From: an uncultured Planctomycetales bacterium
Lineage (GTDB): Bacteria > Omnitrophota > Gorgyraeia > Gygaellales > Profunditerraquicolaceae
Direction: 5' to 3'
Length of the DNA stretch: 64,000 nt
Assembly: GCA_964487475.1 (NCBI GenBank)
Contig: CAZAPM010000004.1
Span: forward strand, 37,755-101,754
In this document: positions 28,679 to 39,279 of the stretch, one piece after another
How the letters are laid out: every line of letters begins with the position of its first letter
Position numbering within the stretch: the stretch's first letter is position 1
Position numbers and translations under genes: made by a program
The notes under the pieces: model-generated
Told to the model about the DNA's origin: nothing
Seen by the model: only the letters and a program-made list of their open reading frames with translations
The model's database searches: none

Positions 28679-29941
28679 CTATTCCTTTTCTCTCCACACT
28701 TTGGCGCCCAAATTCTGCAGCTTCATCTCCATATTATCATACCCGCGCTCCAGATGATAGATCCTGGAGACGGAAGTCTTGCCTTCGGCCACCAGCCCCG
28801 CCAGCACCAGGCTCGCGGAAGCGCGCAGGTCGGAAGCCATCACCGGAGCGCCGGAAAGACGCCGCACCCCCTGCACGATGGCATGAGGCCCTTCGCGCTG
28901 GATCATAGCGCCCATACGGTTGAGCTCCGCCACGTGCATGAAACGGTCCGGATAGATCTTCTCCGTGACCACGCTGATGCCTTCGGTCACGCACATGAGG
29001 CTCAGGAACTGCGCCTGCATGTCCGTCGGGAAACCCGGGTACGGCAAGGTAGTGATATTGATGGGCTTGAGCCTGCGGGTGCCTCGCACCCTCAGCGTGG
29101 TCTCGGTGGCGCAGACGCAGGCGTTGGCATCCTCCAGCTTGGCCAGCACCGCGCCCAGATGACGGGTATGCGCGTTCTTTATCAGCACGTCCCCTTTGGT
29201 GATCAGCGCCGCCAGCAGGAACGTACCGGCCTCGATGCGGTCCGGGATCACCTTATGCTCGACCCCGTGCAGACGCTTGACCCCCTCGATCTCGATGGTC
29301 GGGGTGCCGTGACCCTTGATCTTCGCGCCCATCTTGATGAGGAACTCCGCGAGATCGGCCACTTCCGGCTCGCACGCCGCGGACTCGATCACCGTACGGC
29401 CCTTGGAGCAGACCGCCGCCATCATGACGTTATCGGTGGCCAGGACCGAAGATCCGTATTCCCCGCCCAGATACACATGGCTGCCCTTGAGGTTCTGCGC
29501 GTCAGCCAGCACATACCCTCCCTCGATCTCGATCTTGGTGCCCAGCGCCTTAAGGCCCTTAAGATGCAGGTCTACCGGCCGCAGTCCGATGACGCATCCT
29601 CCGGGAAGGGAGACCTTGGCCCGGCGCAGCTTGCCTACCAGGGGACCCAGCACGCAAAAGGACGCCCGCATGGTGGAGACCAGCTTATAATCCGCCACAT
29701 GGCTGGTCTCTTTGGCGTGGGTGACGATCGCGACCCCCTTATCGTACTCCACGTTCTTGCCCAGGGATTTAAGGATCTTGAACATCGTCTGCGTATCCCG
29801 CAGGTTAGGCACGTCCTTGATGATGCACGCATCATCGGTCAGAAGCGTCGCCGCCAGGATCGGCAGCACGGAATTCTTCGACCCCGAGATGGAGACTTCC
29901 CCTTTAAGCTTATTCCCGCCCTCGATCACTAATTTATCCAT
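28679..29941 (-). CDS. murA: UDP-N-acetylglucosamine 1-carboxyvinyltransferase
   Basis: 420 aa; [34 protein letters not shown]. Confidence 0.95.
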   Translation of the reverse strand: MDKLVIEGGNKLKGEVSISGSKNSVLPILAATLLTDDACIIKDVPNLRDTQTMFKILKSLGKNVEYDKGVAIVTHAKETSHVADYKLVSTMRASFCVLGPLVGKLRRAKVSLPGGCVIGLRPVDLHLKGLKALGTKIEIEGGYVLADAQNLKGSHVYLGGEYGSSVLATDNVMMAAVCSKGRTVIESAACEPEVADLAEFLIKMGAKIKGHGTPTIEIEGVKRLHGVEHKVIPDRIEAGTFLLAALITKGDVLIKNAHTRHLGAVLAKLEDANACVCATETTLRVRGTRRLKPINITTLPYPGFPTDMQAQFLSLMCVTEGISVVTEKIYPDRFMHVAELNRMGAMIQREGPHAIVQGVRRLSGAPVMASDLRASASLVLAGLVAEGKTSVSRIYHLERGYDNMEMKLQNLGAKVWREKE

Positions 29942-29944
29942 GGT

Positions 29945-30736
29945 TCATTTAACCCTCGCCGTCACGATCCTCTCTATGCCGTTATAATCCCTGCGCACAT
30001 CCCAGGATGCGAATACGCCCGTCTCTGCGAGCAGCTGCGTCACTGCGGCTGCCTGTCCCGCGCCGATCTCGGTCAAGAAATACCCTCCCGGACTCAAAAA
30101 ACCACCTGCCTGCGCGGCTAACCTGCGGTACATCTCCAGGCCGTCATCCCCCCCGTCTAAGGCCAATGCCGGCTCATGGCGCACCTCGGGGGAAAGGCCC
30201 GCAATATCTTCCCTGGCCACATAAGGAGGGTTAACGACGATACAGTCAAAGATATCCCGCCGCGGGTCGAACGCGGAGAACAGGTCGCTTTCCACGAACG
30301 AGATCCTCACCCGGTGCGCTGCGGCATTTTCCCCGGCCACTGCCAGCGCCTCCCCGGAAATATCCGCTGCCGTCACCTCGGCGCGCGGCAGGGCATGCGC
30401 CAGGGCCACCGCCAGGGCACCGGAGCCCGTACACATATCGAGCACGCGCACCGCTCTTTCCTCCCGCGATATCCTACGGCAGCGCGCGATCGCTTCTTCC
30501 GCCAGCAACTCCGTTTCCGGGCGGGGAATAAGCACCTGCGGGTTCACCTTGAAGGAAAGCCCCATGAAATCAGCCTTGCCCAGGATATACTGCAGCGGCT
30601 CCCCCTTCATCCGCCGCACGAGTACCCGCGAGATGAACGCGCCTTCCCGGGGGTGCACACGCCTTTGACGCTGCAGGTACAGCTGCGCCCGGTCGCATTG
30701 CAGCACTTCCGTGAAAAGCAGCTCCGTTTCGTTCAT
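29945..30736 (-). CDS. prmC: Release factor glutamine methyltransferase (HemK/PrmC)
   Basis: 263 aa; NPPY motif (VVNPPYVARED); downstream of prfA. Confidence 0.85.
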   Translation of the reverse strand: MNETELLFTEVLQCDRAQLYLQRQRRVHPREGAFISRVLVRRMKGEPLQYILGKADFMGLSFKVNPQVLIPRPETELLAEEAIARCRRISREERAVRVLDMCTGSGALAVALAHALPRAEVTAADISGEALAVAGENAAAHRVRISFVESDLFSAFDPRRDIFDCIVVNPPYVAREDIAGLSPEVRHEPALALDGGDDGLEMYRRLAAQAGGFLSPGGYFLTEIGAGQAAAVTQLLAETGVFASWDVRRDYNGIERIVTARVK

Positions 30737-30737
30737 C

Positions 30738-31820
30738 TTATTCCGACGCGCTTTCTTCGCGCGCCTCGCGCGCTTTATCCTGTGCCGCCTTGATCAGGGC
30801 ATCGGAGATCTCGTCAAGATCCCCGTCGAGCACCGCTTCAAGCTGATGCGTGGTGAAATTGATGCGATGATCGGTGATCCGGCGATCGGGGAAATTATAG
30901 GTACGGATCTTCTCGCTGCGGTCGCCGGTCCCGATCTGCGCCCGGCGCTCCGCGGAAATCTTCTTGGCCTCCTGCTCCCGTTTCATATCGGAAAGCCTGG
31001 CGCGCAGCACGCGCATCGCCTTGGTCTTGTTCTTGAGCTGCGAACGCTCATCCTGGCAGGCGACCGCCAGGCCCGTGGGGATATGCGTGATACGCACCGC
31101 GGAATCGGTCTTTTGCATATGCTGCCCTCCGGGGCCGGAAGACCGGTAGGTATCGATGCGCAGGTCCGAAGGGGAAATGACCATCTCCACCTCCTCCGGC
31201 TCAACCAGCACGGCGACGGTCGCGGTCGAGGTATGGATACGCCCCTGCGATTCGGTCGCCGGCACGCGCTGCACCCGGTGTACCCCGCTCTCGAACTTCA
31301 GGCGCTTGAACGCGTCCTTACCCATGACGGAAAAACCGATGTCCTTGAACCCGCCTACCCCGGTAGGGGTGGACGCCATGAGCTCCACCTTCCATCCCCG
31401 CCTGTCCGCATACTGCGTATACATCCGGTAGAGATCGGCCACAAAAAGCCCGGCTTCGTCCCCGCCGGTGCCCTGCCGGATCTCCACGATGATATCCCGC
31501 CCCAGGTCCTTATCCTCGCCGGCAAGGAACCGCTGCAGGCGCTCTTCCTGGGAAGCGAGTTTCGCGCGCAGCTCCCCGAGCTCTCCCTGAGCCATTTCCA
31601 GGAACTCCTTATCGTGCTTTTCCTTGAGCACCTCTTCCAGACCGATCAGTTCCTCCTCGGTCTTCAGGCGCTCGCGGAAAAGCATGACCGTATCCTGCAG
31701 GGAGGAGAGCTCCTTGGCGTATTTCTGATACAACAGCTGATCGCAGGCGACCTCCTGCGTACCCAGCAGCTGTTCCAGCTCCCTGTACCGTGCGTCCAGC
31801 TTCTTCAAGCTTTCGATCAT
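30738..31820 (-). CDS. prfA: Peptide chain release factor 1
   Basis: 360 aa; GGQ motif ([22 protein letters not shown]); no frameshift site, so RF1 rather than RF2. Confidence 0.9.
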   Translation of the reverse strand: MIESLKKLDARYRELEQLLGTQEVACDQLLYQKYAKELSSLQDTVMLFRERLKTEEELIGLEEVLKEKHDKEFLEMAQGELGELRAKLASQEERLQRFLAGEDKDLGRDIIVEIRQGTGGDEAGLFVADLYRMYTQYADRRGWKVELMASTPTGVGGFKDIGFSVMGKDAFKRLKFESGVHRVQRVPATESQGRIHTSTATVAVLVEPEEVEMVISPSDLRIDTYRSSGPGGQHMQKTDSAVRITHIPTGLAVACQDERSQLKNKTKAMRVLRARLSDMKREQEAKKISAERRAQIGTGDRSEKIRTYNFPDRRITDHRINFTTHQLEAVLDGDLDEISDALIKAAQDKAREAREESASE

Positions 31821-31829
31821 CGCAGAGGG

Positions 31830-32030
31830 TTATTTTTTCCCGTACTTCTTCATGAACTTGTCCACGCGGCCCGCGGAATCGACGAACTTCTGCTTGCCGG
31901 AGAAGAAGGGATGGCATTTGGAGCATACCTCGACCCGGATATTGGGCTTGGTGGAACGGGTATGCATGGTATTACCGCAGGCGCAGACGATCACGCAATC
32001 CTGATATTTGGGGTGAATTTTGTCTTTCAT
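31830..32030 (-). CDS. rpmE: 50S ribosomal protein L31 (zinc-binding form)
   Basis: 66 aa; MKDKIHPKY...CACGN...[12 protein letters not shown]. Confidence 0.9.
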   Translation of the reverse strand: MKDKIHPKYQDCVIVCACGNTMHTRSTKPNIRVEVCSKCHPFFSGKQKFVDSAGRVDKFMKKYGKK

Positions 32031-32059
32031 GGTTTCTCCTGTCTTGTCTCTGGTTATCG

Positions 32060-33343
32060 TTACGAATTCATGCTCTTGAGGAAATCCTCGTTGTGCTTGG
32101 TCTTGGCCAGTCGCTCGATCAAGAGCTCCATCGCCTCCACGTTATTGAGCTCGTTCAGGACCTTGCGCAGGATCCACATGCGCTGCATGATCTCGGGCCT
32201 GAGCAGGAGCTCTTCGTGACGGGTATTGGAACGCTTGATGTCGATGGCCGGGTACACGCGCCTCTGGAAGAGGTTACGGTCGAGCTGGATCTCCATATTG
32301 CCCGTTCCCTTGAACTCTTCGAAGATCACGTCGTCCATGCGGCTGCCGGTCTCCACCAGCGCGGTGGCGATGATGGTCAGGCTGCCTCCCTCTTCCACGC
32401 CGCGCGCGGCGCCGAAGAAACGCTTGGGCTTCTGCAGGGCGTTGGAATCGATACCTCCCGAAAGCACCTTGCCCGAATGAGGCACCACCGAGTTGTAGGC
32501 ACGGGCCAATCGGGTGATGGAGTCCAGCAGGATCACCACGTCCTTCTTATGCTCCACCAGGCGCTTGGCCTTTTCCAGCACCACTTCCGCCACCTGCACG
32601 TGCCGCTCCGGCGGCTCGTCGAAGGTCGAAGAGATGACCTCGCCCTTGACATTACGCTGCATATCCGTGACCTCTTCCGGACGCTCGTCGATAAGCAGCA
32701 CGATCAGGACCACCTCGGGATGATTGGTGGTGATGGAATTGGCGATCTTCTGCAGCAGCACGGTCTTTCCGCTGTAAGGCTGCGCGACGATCAAGCCGCG
32801 CTGCCCCTTGCCGATCGGGGTCAGCAGGTCCATGATACGGGTGGAAACCTCCTCGGTCTTGGTCTCCAGGATGAAGCGCTCCTTAGGATAGATGGGCGTG
32901 AGGTTGTCGAAGAGCACCTTATCCTTGATCTCCTCCGGGTTCTCGAAGTTGACCGCCTCCACCTTCAACAGGGCGAAATACTTCTCCCCCTCCTTCGGAG
33001 GACGGATCTGCCCGCTCACCGTATCCCCGGTGCGCAGGTCGAATTTCCTGATCTGCGAGGGGGAGATGTAAATATCGTCGGGGCAGGGAAGGTAGTTATA
33101 ATTGGGGGAGCGCAGGAACCCGAACCCTTCAGGCAGGATCTCCAATACTCCTTCTCCGAACATCAATCCTTCCTTCTCCGCCTGGGCCTGCAGGATCTTG
33201 AAGATGAGGTCCTGTTTCTTGAGGCCGCTGACGCCGTTGACCCCGAGCTCCTTGGAAAGCTTATTGAGCTCCGAGATCTTCATTTCTTTCATGATCTTGA
33301 TATCAAGTTTCTCCACTACTTCCTCCTTGCACACATTTGCCAC
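32060..33343 (-). CDS. rho: Transcription termination factor Rho
   Basis: 427 aa; N-terminal RNA-binding domain, Walker A QPYSGKT; true start may be an internal Met (MKISELNKL). Confidence 0.95.
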   Translation of the reverse strand: MANVCKEEVVEKLDIKIMKEMKISELNKLSKELGVNGVSGLKKQDLIFKILQAQAEKEGLMFGEGVLEILPEGFGFLRSPNYNYLPCPDDIYISPSQIRKFDLRTGDTVSGQIRPPKEGEKYFALLKVEAVNFENPEEIKDKVLFDNLTPIYPKERFILETKTEEVSTRIMDLLTPIGKGQRGLIVAQPYSGKTVLLQKIANSITTNHPEVVLIVLLIDERPEEVTDMQRNVKGEVISSTFDEPPERHVQVAEVVLEKAKRLVEHKKDVVILLDSITRLARAYNSVVPHSGKVLSGGIDSNALQKPKRFFGAARGVEEGGSLTIIATALVETGSRMDDVIFEEFKGTGNMEIQLDRNLFQRRVYPAIDIKRSNTRHEELLLRPEIMQRMWILRKVLNELNNVEAMELLIERLAKTKHNEDFLKSMNS

Positions 33344-33921
33344 AATTGTTTGACCTGCGTTCTGGTCCGGGACATCGTCCCGGCATTGTCTATGATAAAG
33401 TCCGCCCGGGAAAGTTTTTCCTTCACGGGCATCTGTACGCGGATACGCTGCCGGCGCAGCACGTCACGTCTGCGGGCGGCCGATACGGCGCGCGGGGCAT
33501 AGACCACGCACACCTTATCCGCAAATCGCTCCATTCCAGTCTCAAAAAGCAGCGGCACGTCCAGCACCACCAGCGCCTGCCGCGGCGCGCTCCGTATCTC
33601 CTGCAGCATTCTCTGCCGCACCAGCGGATGGATGATCCCCTCTAAGGTGCGCAATGCCTTCGCGTCCCGGAACACTTTCCTGGCCAGCGCCATACGGTCC
33701 AGCGTGCCGTCCCTGGCCAGCACCCCTTTGCCGAAAGCCCTGACGATAGAAGGATACGCCCGGCCGCGTGGTAAAGACTCCTCGCGGGAGATCGCATCCG
33801 CATCCACCACCCGGGCGCCCAGACGGGAAAACATCCGCGCCACCGTGCTTTTGCCGCTGCCGAGCGTGCCCGTGACCGCCAGCACGAACGCACGCCCGCG
33901 CGGCGCGTCAACCCTGCGCAT
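33316..33921 (-). CDS. coaE: Dephospho-CoA kinase
   Basis: P-loop [11 protein letters not shown]; start taken at MRRVDAPRG...; overlaps glgA 3' end. Confidence 0.8.
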   Translation of the reverse strand: MRRVDAPRGRAFVLAVTGTLGSGKSTVARMFSRLGARVVDADAISREESLPRGRAYPSIVRAFGKGVLARDGTLDRMALARKVFRDAKALRTLEGIIHPLVRQRMLQEIRSAPRQALVVLDVPLLFETGMERFADKVCVVYAPRAVSAARRRDVLRRQRIRVQMPVKEKLSRADFIIDNAGTMSRTRTQVKQLWQMCARRK

Positions 33922-35287
33922 ACACTTCAAGATACTGTTTCGCGGAGGCATCCCAGGAAAAATTCTGTTTCATCGCGCAGCACACCAGACTGCTCCAGGC
34001 CGCACGGTCCTCGAACGCGGCCAGCGCGCGGTCCAGGGCCTTGAGAAAGTCCTGCGACCGGTATTGATCGAACACAAATCCGTTGAGCCCTTCGAACACG
34101 GTATCCGCCAATCCCCCGGTACAAAACACCACCGGCACGGTGCCGTACGTCAGGCTTATCAGCTGCCCCAGCCCGCAGGGCTCGTAGCGCGAAGGCATGA
34201 GGAATATATCGGCTCCGGCGTATACCGCATGGGCCAATCCCTCGTCGAACGTGATATGCAGCGAATGCTTGGTGGGGCACTTCTGCATCCCCGCCTCCAT
34301 CAGGCGCTGATACTTAAGGTCCCCCATCCCCAATACCACCATCTGCAGCTTGCGGCGGCACATCCCCTCCAGCGCCTCGGCCAGGATATCGAACCCCTTC
34401 TGCTCCGCCAGCCGGGAGACGATCCCGCATAACGGCACCTCGGGGTCCTGCGCCAGCCCGCAGCGCTTCTGCAGGTACGCCTTGTTATGCAGCTTATCGG
34501 CGATAGTGGAATAGGAATACCGGCTGCTGATGAACGGGTCGGTGTGCGGGTTCCATATCCCGTAATCCAGGCCGTTGAGTATCCCGTGCACCGATTTCTT
34601 GCGGGAAGCCAGCACTCCCTCCAGCCCGCACCCGTACTCTTTGGTCTGTATCTCCCGGCTGTACGTCGGACTGACGGTGGTGATCGTACCGGCATGGATC
34701 AGCCCGGCCTTGAGCACATTGATCTGGCCGTAATACTCCAGCGCTTCCGGAGTGAAATACTCCGGAGGCAGACCCAACTGCGCGAACTCCGTTGCCGGAA
34801 AGAGCCCCTGATACCCCAGATTGTGGATCGTAAAGACCGTCTTGACCTTCCGGTAGAACGCATCCTTCGCGTACACCGCTTCCAGGTACACCGGGATCAG
34901 CCCCGTCTGCCAGTCATGGCAATGCAGGATGTCCGGCTGCACCCCGAGTTCCTTGAGCGCTTCCAGCACGCGCCGGCAATAATGCGAAAAACGCGCCAGA
35001 TTATCCCGGTAATCCCCTTCCTTGGTGCCGTAGAGATTATCCCGGTCGTAATACGCGTGTTCCAGGAAATACACCTTCACCGGATTGGCGGCGTCCGATT
35101 CCCAGATATCGCCCTTGACCCGGCGCAGGTCCTTACGGGTCTTCCTGATGCAGCGGTACAGCGGAAGCACCACCGTCACCTCATGTCCCGTCTGGGCGAG
35201 AGCCCGGGGTAAAGCGCCTACCACATCCGCCAGACCTCCGGTCTTGGCGAAGGGCACCATTTCGCTGGCGCACATCACGATCTTCAC
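33908..35287 (-). CDS. glgA: Glycogen/starch synthase (GT5)
   Basis: KIVMCASEMVPFAKTGGLADVV motif; likely GTG start overlapping polA TGA stop (GTGA); longer upstream extension of ORF rejected. Confidence 0.85.
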   Translation of the reverse strand: MKIVMCASEMVPFAKTGGLADVVGALPRALAQTGHEVTVVLPLYRCIRKTRKDLRRVKGDIWESDAANPVKVYFLEHAYYDRDNLYGTKEGDYRDNLARFSHYCRRVLEALKELGVQPDILHCHDWQTGLIPVYLEAVYAKDAFYRKVKTVFTIHNLGYQGLFPATEFAQLGLPPEYFTPEALEYYGQINVLKAGLIHAGTITTVSPTYSREIQTKEYGCGLEGVLASRKKSVHGILNGLDYGIWNPHTDPFISSRYSYSTIADKLHNKAYLQKRCGLAQDPEVPLCGIVSRLAEQKGFDILAEALEGMCRRKLQMVVLGMGDLKYQRLMEAGMQKCPTKHSLHITFDEGLAHAVYAGADIFLMPSRYEPCGLGQLISLTYGTVPVVFCTGGLADTVFEGLNGFVFDQYRSQDFLKALDRALAAFEDRAAWSSLVCCAMKQNFSWDASAKQYLEVYAQG

Positions 35288-37827
35288 GCTACGTCCTCCA
35301 TCTCCAGCCAGTTCGGGCCTTGCTTGACGCTCACGCACAAAGGCACGGAGAGCGCACAGACCCCCTCCATCAACCTGCGCACCTCCGGAATGCACTCTTT
35401 CGCTTCTGCCGAAGGCATATTGAAGAGAAGCTCATCGTGCACCTGCAGCATCATGCGGCTCGCGCATCCCTTCCCGCGCATCCAGCGGTACACCGCGATC
35501 ATCGCCATCTTGATCACGTCGCTGGCCGACCCCTGGATCGGCGCGTTGACCGCCTGCCGCTCGGCGAACTGCCGGATCCCCTGATTCCGGTTCGAGATCT
35601 CGGGGATGTAGCGGCGCCGTCCCTTGATCGTGGCGACGAACCCGTCCCGGCGCGCGCGCTCCACCTGCGAATGCAGATACCCCTTGACCGAAGGATACCG
35701 CGCGAAATACGCATCGATGAACGCCTGCGCCTGGCCCACCGGTATATCCAGGTCCCGGGCCAGCCCGTATGAGGTCAATCCGTAGATGATCCCGAAATTC
35801 ACCCGCTTGGCCAGCGTGCGCATGGCATCGGTCACCTCGTCCTCCCCGATACCGTGGATCAGCGCCGCCGTAGCCTTATGGATATCCTTCCCCTCGTGGA
35901 ACGCCCGGCACAGCGTCTCATCCTGCGAAAGATGCGCCAGGATGCGCAGCTCGATCTGCGAATAATCGAAGGACACCAGCACGTCCCCGGGAGAAAAGGC
36001 CACCACCGCCTGCCGGATCTTGCCTCCCAGCGGCGTTTTGATCGGCAGGTTCTGCAGGTTCGGGTTGCGTGAACTGAGCCTGCCGGTCTCGGTTCCGGCC
36101 TGATTGAAACTCGTATGCACCCTGCCGGTGGCCGGATCGACCATCTGGGGCAGGGTATCGATATAAGTGTTCTTGAGTTTGGTCAACTGCCGGTACTGCA
36201 GCAGCTGCTGCGGCAGCGGATGCTGCGCCGCCAGCTGAGAGAGCACCTCTTCGTCGGTCGAGGGCCCGGTCTTGCTGCGCTTGATCACGGGAAGCTTAAG
36301 CTCTTCAAAAAGCACCTGCCGCAGCTGCAACGGCGAATTTATGTTGAACTGCCGCCCGCTTATCCCGTAGATATTCTCGATCAGCACGGCCAAATCCTGC
36401 TCCAGGCTCCGGGAAAGTTCCGCCAGCAGCGCGGTATTCAAGGCGATACCCTCTGTCTCCATTGCCGCCAGCACGTCGATAAGGGGCATCTCCACTTCGG
36501 AGAAAAGCGTATCCAGCCCGTCCCTGGTCAATCGTTCCTGCAGTTTCGGCCGCAGCTTCGCGATCAGCGCCAGCTCTGCCGGAGGATCCGAAGGAGAAGT
36601 CTGCTCCTGCAGGTACTCCCAGGCCAGCTCGCCGAGAGAAGCGGCATTCATCGCCGGATTAAGCACGTACCCTGCAAGCATGGTGTCGAAGGACACGCCT
36701 TCCAGGGCGATCCCCTTACGCGCCAGGGCGACCTTAAGGCTCTTTAAATCATGCCCGACCTTGGCCACCAGCGGCGAAGCGAGCATCTCCCGCAGTTCCC
36801 GGGAGACCACGCCTTCCGCGGCATCGGCGGCACAAGGCTTTCCCTCGATCAGGAACACTGCCTGATACTTCGGGTCGGCAGCCAGCACCAGCGCGGAAGA
36901 CTCCTTCGGCAGGTCGCACGGCGCACATACCCGCACTGCCTCCTGCGTCGGCGCAGGCTTCGCAGGAAGCGCGAGGCCTTTGACCAGGCTCTTGAACTCA
37001 AGCCTGGAGAACAATTCAAAAAGCAGCGCGGTATCCGCAGGCTCAACTTTAAGCTGCGGCAGCCCCCACTCCAAAGGCACGTGCTCGTCAAGACGCACCA
37101 GCTCTTTGGCCAGGACCACCTGCTCGCGGTGCGAGGAAAGCGACGCCCGCAACTTTTCCGAAACCACCCGGTCCAGCTGCCCGTACAGCGCTTCGACGGA
37201 ACCGTATTCCTTGACCAGCTTGACCGCGGTCTTCTCGCCCACGCCCGGCACTCCGGGGATGTTATCGGCGGCATCCCCCATCAGGGCCAGCACGTCGCAG
37301 ACCTTTTCCGGGGCCACTCCCATGATCGACTCCACCCCGGCGGCGTCTATCTCGATCCCGCCGTCCTTGTAGGGGTTGAACACGCGACACTGCGGATTGA
37401 CCAGCTGCAGGATATCCTTATCCGAACTGACGATGACCACGTCCCTGCCCGCGTCCCTGCCGGCACGCGCCAGGGTAGCGATCAGGTCATCGGCCTCAAA
37501 CCCTTCCTTCTCGCATACTTTAAGCCCGTAGGCAGCCACGACCTCTTTGATCACGGGGATCTGCGGTGACAACCCCTCGGGCATGGGAGCTCGCTGCATC
37601 TTGTATTCAGCGAAGCGTTTGGAGCGGAACGTCTCGCGGGAGACGTCAAAACACACCGCCATGGCAGACGGCTGGTATTTCTTAAGCAGCTTCTGCAGTA
37701 TGGTGACGAATCCGTACACCGCATTGGTCGGCATGCCGCCGGCGGTACTTAACCCCTGCAGGGCATAGAATGCCCGGTAGCAAAACGCCGTGGCATCAAC
37801 CAGGTACAGGCACCCTTCACTCATCAA
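35284..37827 (-). CDS. polA: DNA polymerase I
   Basis: 847 aa; 5'-3' exonuclease, 3'-5' exo-like and family A polymerase domains; apparent TTG start. Confidence 0.95.
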   Translation of the reverse strand: MMSEGCLYLVDATAFCYRAFYALQGLSTAGGMPTNAVYGFVTILQKLLKKYQPSAMAVCFDVSRETFRSKRFAEYKMQRAPMPEGLSPQIPVIKEVVAAYGLKVCEKEGFEADDLIATLARAGRDAGRDVVIVSSDKDILQLVNPQCRVFNPYKDGGIEIDAAGVESIMGVAPEKVCDVLALMGDAADNIPGVPGVGEKTAVKLVKEYGSVEALYGQLDRVVSEKLRASLSSHREQVVLAKELVRLDEHVPLEWGLPQLKVEPADTALLFELFSRLEFKSLVKGLALPAKPAPTQEAVRVCAPCDLPKESSALVLAADPKYQAVFLIEGKPCAADAAEGVVSRELREMLASPLVAKVGHDLKSLKVALARKGIALEGVSFDTMLAGYVLNPAMNAASLGELAWEYLQEQTSPSDPPAELALIAKLRPKLQERLTRDGLDTLFSEVEMPLIDVLAAMETEGIALNTALLAELSRSLEQDLAVLIENIYGISGRQFNINSPLQLRQVLFEELKLPVIKRSKTGPSTDEEVLSQLAAQHPLPQQLLQYRQLTKLKNTYIDTLPQMVDPATGRVHTSFNQAGTETGRLSSRNPNLQNLPIKTPLGGKIRQAVVAFSPGDVLVSFDYSQIELRILAHLSQDETLCRAFHEGKDIHKATAALIHGIGEDEVTDAMRTLAKRVNFGIIYGLTSYGLARDLDIPVGQAQAFIDAYFARYPSVKGYLHSQVERARRDGFVATIKGRRRYIPEISNRNQGIRQFAERQAVNAPIQGSASDVIKMAMIAVYRWMRGKGCASRMMLQVHDELLFNMPSAEAKECIPEVRRLMEGVCALSVPLCVSVKQGPNWLEMEDVA

Positions 37828-37881
37828 TTACCATTTGAATAGACTATCGGGCAGGAACAAAGGTATGCGAGTCGGCCGAAC

Positions 37882-38685
37882 TTATCGGGACAACAACCGC
37901 ACCGAAAGTTTCTCTACAAAATCGTTTATGGCCTTATTTGACGGGTCAAGCTGCTGCGCGTCGATCGCCTGGCGCAGCGCCAGCACATCTTCTCCCTTAC
38001 GCAGGGTTACTTTTGCTTTCTCGAACTCCAGCATGGCCAAAGCCTTATCATCGCGCCTGCTGACATATTTATTCCGCTGTACGTCCTTGATGAGCGAATA
38101 CACTTCCTGCTCATTATCCGCGGCGATGGACCTCTTCCCCAACACGAGGAGGATATCGTCATGTCGCTGTTTCGCCTTCTCCGCCCACCGGTCTCCCAAG
38201 GGGCCGAGGTCCGCACGCTTCTGCCAGTACATAGCGGCCCGCTCGATATCCCGCCGGTTCTCATAAAGTATCGCCAGGTTGGAATATGCGCTGGGATACT
38301 GCGGATCCAGCTTGATGCTTTTGAGATAATGCTGCTCGGCGCGCGAGATATCCCCGGCGGACTCGTAAATGACCCCCAGGTCGTTATATGCCACCGCGAA
38401 CCGGGGATCAAGCTCAATGGCCTTCTGATAGTACATCCTGGCCTGGGACACATCCCCCTGCTGCTGCAGGTCGAAACCCGTAGCGCGATACGCCCTGGCC
38501 TGGCGCTGCATCTCGGTAAGTTTATCCTCGGCGATATACTGGGATAAGGACACGTGCTTAGTCCCATCGGAAGGATACACATCCTTCACTCCCGCCATAC
38601 CGGTGCCGCCGGCCGAAAGGACCGAACAAAAAATTATCCCCGCGAATAACCGTTTAGTGTGATACATGATGGAAGGAGTGTTCAT
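37882..38685 (-). CDS. Secreted TPR-repeat protein
   Basis: TPR repeats (AYNDLGVIYESAGDISRAEQHY...); start taken at MNTPSIMYHTKRLF, which would be near-leaderless behind a TTGACC-N16-TATAAT promoter at 38696-38723. Confidence 0.6.
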   Translation of the reverse strand: MNTPSIMYHTKRLFAGIIFCSVLSAGGTGMAGVKDVYPSDGTKHVSLSQYIAEDKLTEMQRQARAYRATGFDLQQQGDVSQARMYYQKAIELDPRFAVAYNDLGVIYESAGDISRAEQHYLKSIKLDPQYPSAYSNLAILYENRRDIERAAMYWQKRADLGPLGDRWAEKAKQRHDDILLVLGKRSIAADNEQEVYSLIKDVQRNKYVSRRDDKALAMLEFEKAKVTLRKGEDVLALRQAIDAQQLDPSNKAINDFVEKLSVRLLSR

Positions 38686-38754
38686 AGGTAACATCATTAT
38701 ACACTGCGCGCCTGTTTGGTCAAGATTTTTTTTAACGTCCTCGCACCACTGCAC

Positions 38755-39279
38755 TTATCTTGACGCGCCGGCGCGTAAGGCATGCTCCAGCCCCTGCAGG
38801 AACCCGTGCGCTTTCTGATGCAGCCGGTACTGCGCGATCAGCCCGCGGAATTCCTTGCCGTGATGGGGGACCTCCAGGTGCGCCAGCTCATGGATGATCA
38901 CGTAATCCCGCACCCACTCCGGAAGGGACCTGATCCGGCTGCTGATCCTGATCGTGCGGGCGCGCACATTGCAGCAGCCGTAGCGGCTGCGCTGGTTATC
39001 GGCGTATTCGATACGGGAAAAGACCAGCCTTCCGGAAAAATATCTGCGGTTAAGATACTCCGCGCGCTGCGCCAGCTCCCGGCTGTCGCGCAGATCCCGG
39101 GAAGCATCCCGCGCTTCGAACCGCTGCCGGAACAACCCCACCAAGCGGTGCACCTCCTCCTGGCCCAGCGCCGCCGGGACCCGCACCACCAGCGTCCCCT
39201 GCTCCAAACGGGCGCTGGCACTTCTGCGGCGCCTCCAGGAACGCACCACGCGCACGTCCTGCGCGAACTCTCCGCTCAT
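38755..39279 (-). CDS. YgjP/SprT-like zinc metallohydrolase (COG1451, DUF45)
   Basis: HELAHL...H motif (YVIIHELAHLEVPHHGKEF); start taken at MSGEFAQDVR with 4-bp overlap with upstream gene. Confidence 0.6.
   Translation of the reverse strand: MSGEFAQDVRVVRSWRRRRSASARLEQGTLVVRVPAALGQEEVHRLVGLFRQRFEARDASRDLRDSRELAQRAEYLNRRYFSGRLVFSRIEYADNQRSRYGCCNVRARTIRISSRIRSLPEWVRDYVIIHELAHLEVPHHGKEFRGLIAQYRLHQKAHGFLQGLEHALRAGASR

Noticed and set aside
35281-35330. Apparent 1-nt disagreement between my hand-counted positions and the ORF-track coordinates around the polA stop.
   Set aside because: This is most likely my own counting error on one sequence line. I kept the track coordinates for whole ORFs, and my hand-derived coordinates carry a ±1-3 nt tolerance.
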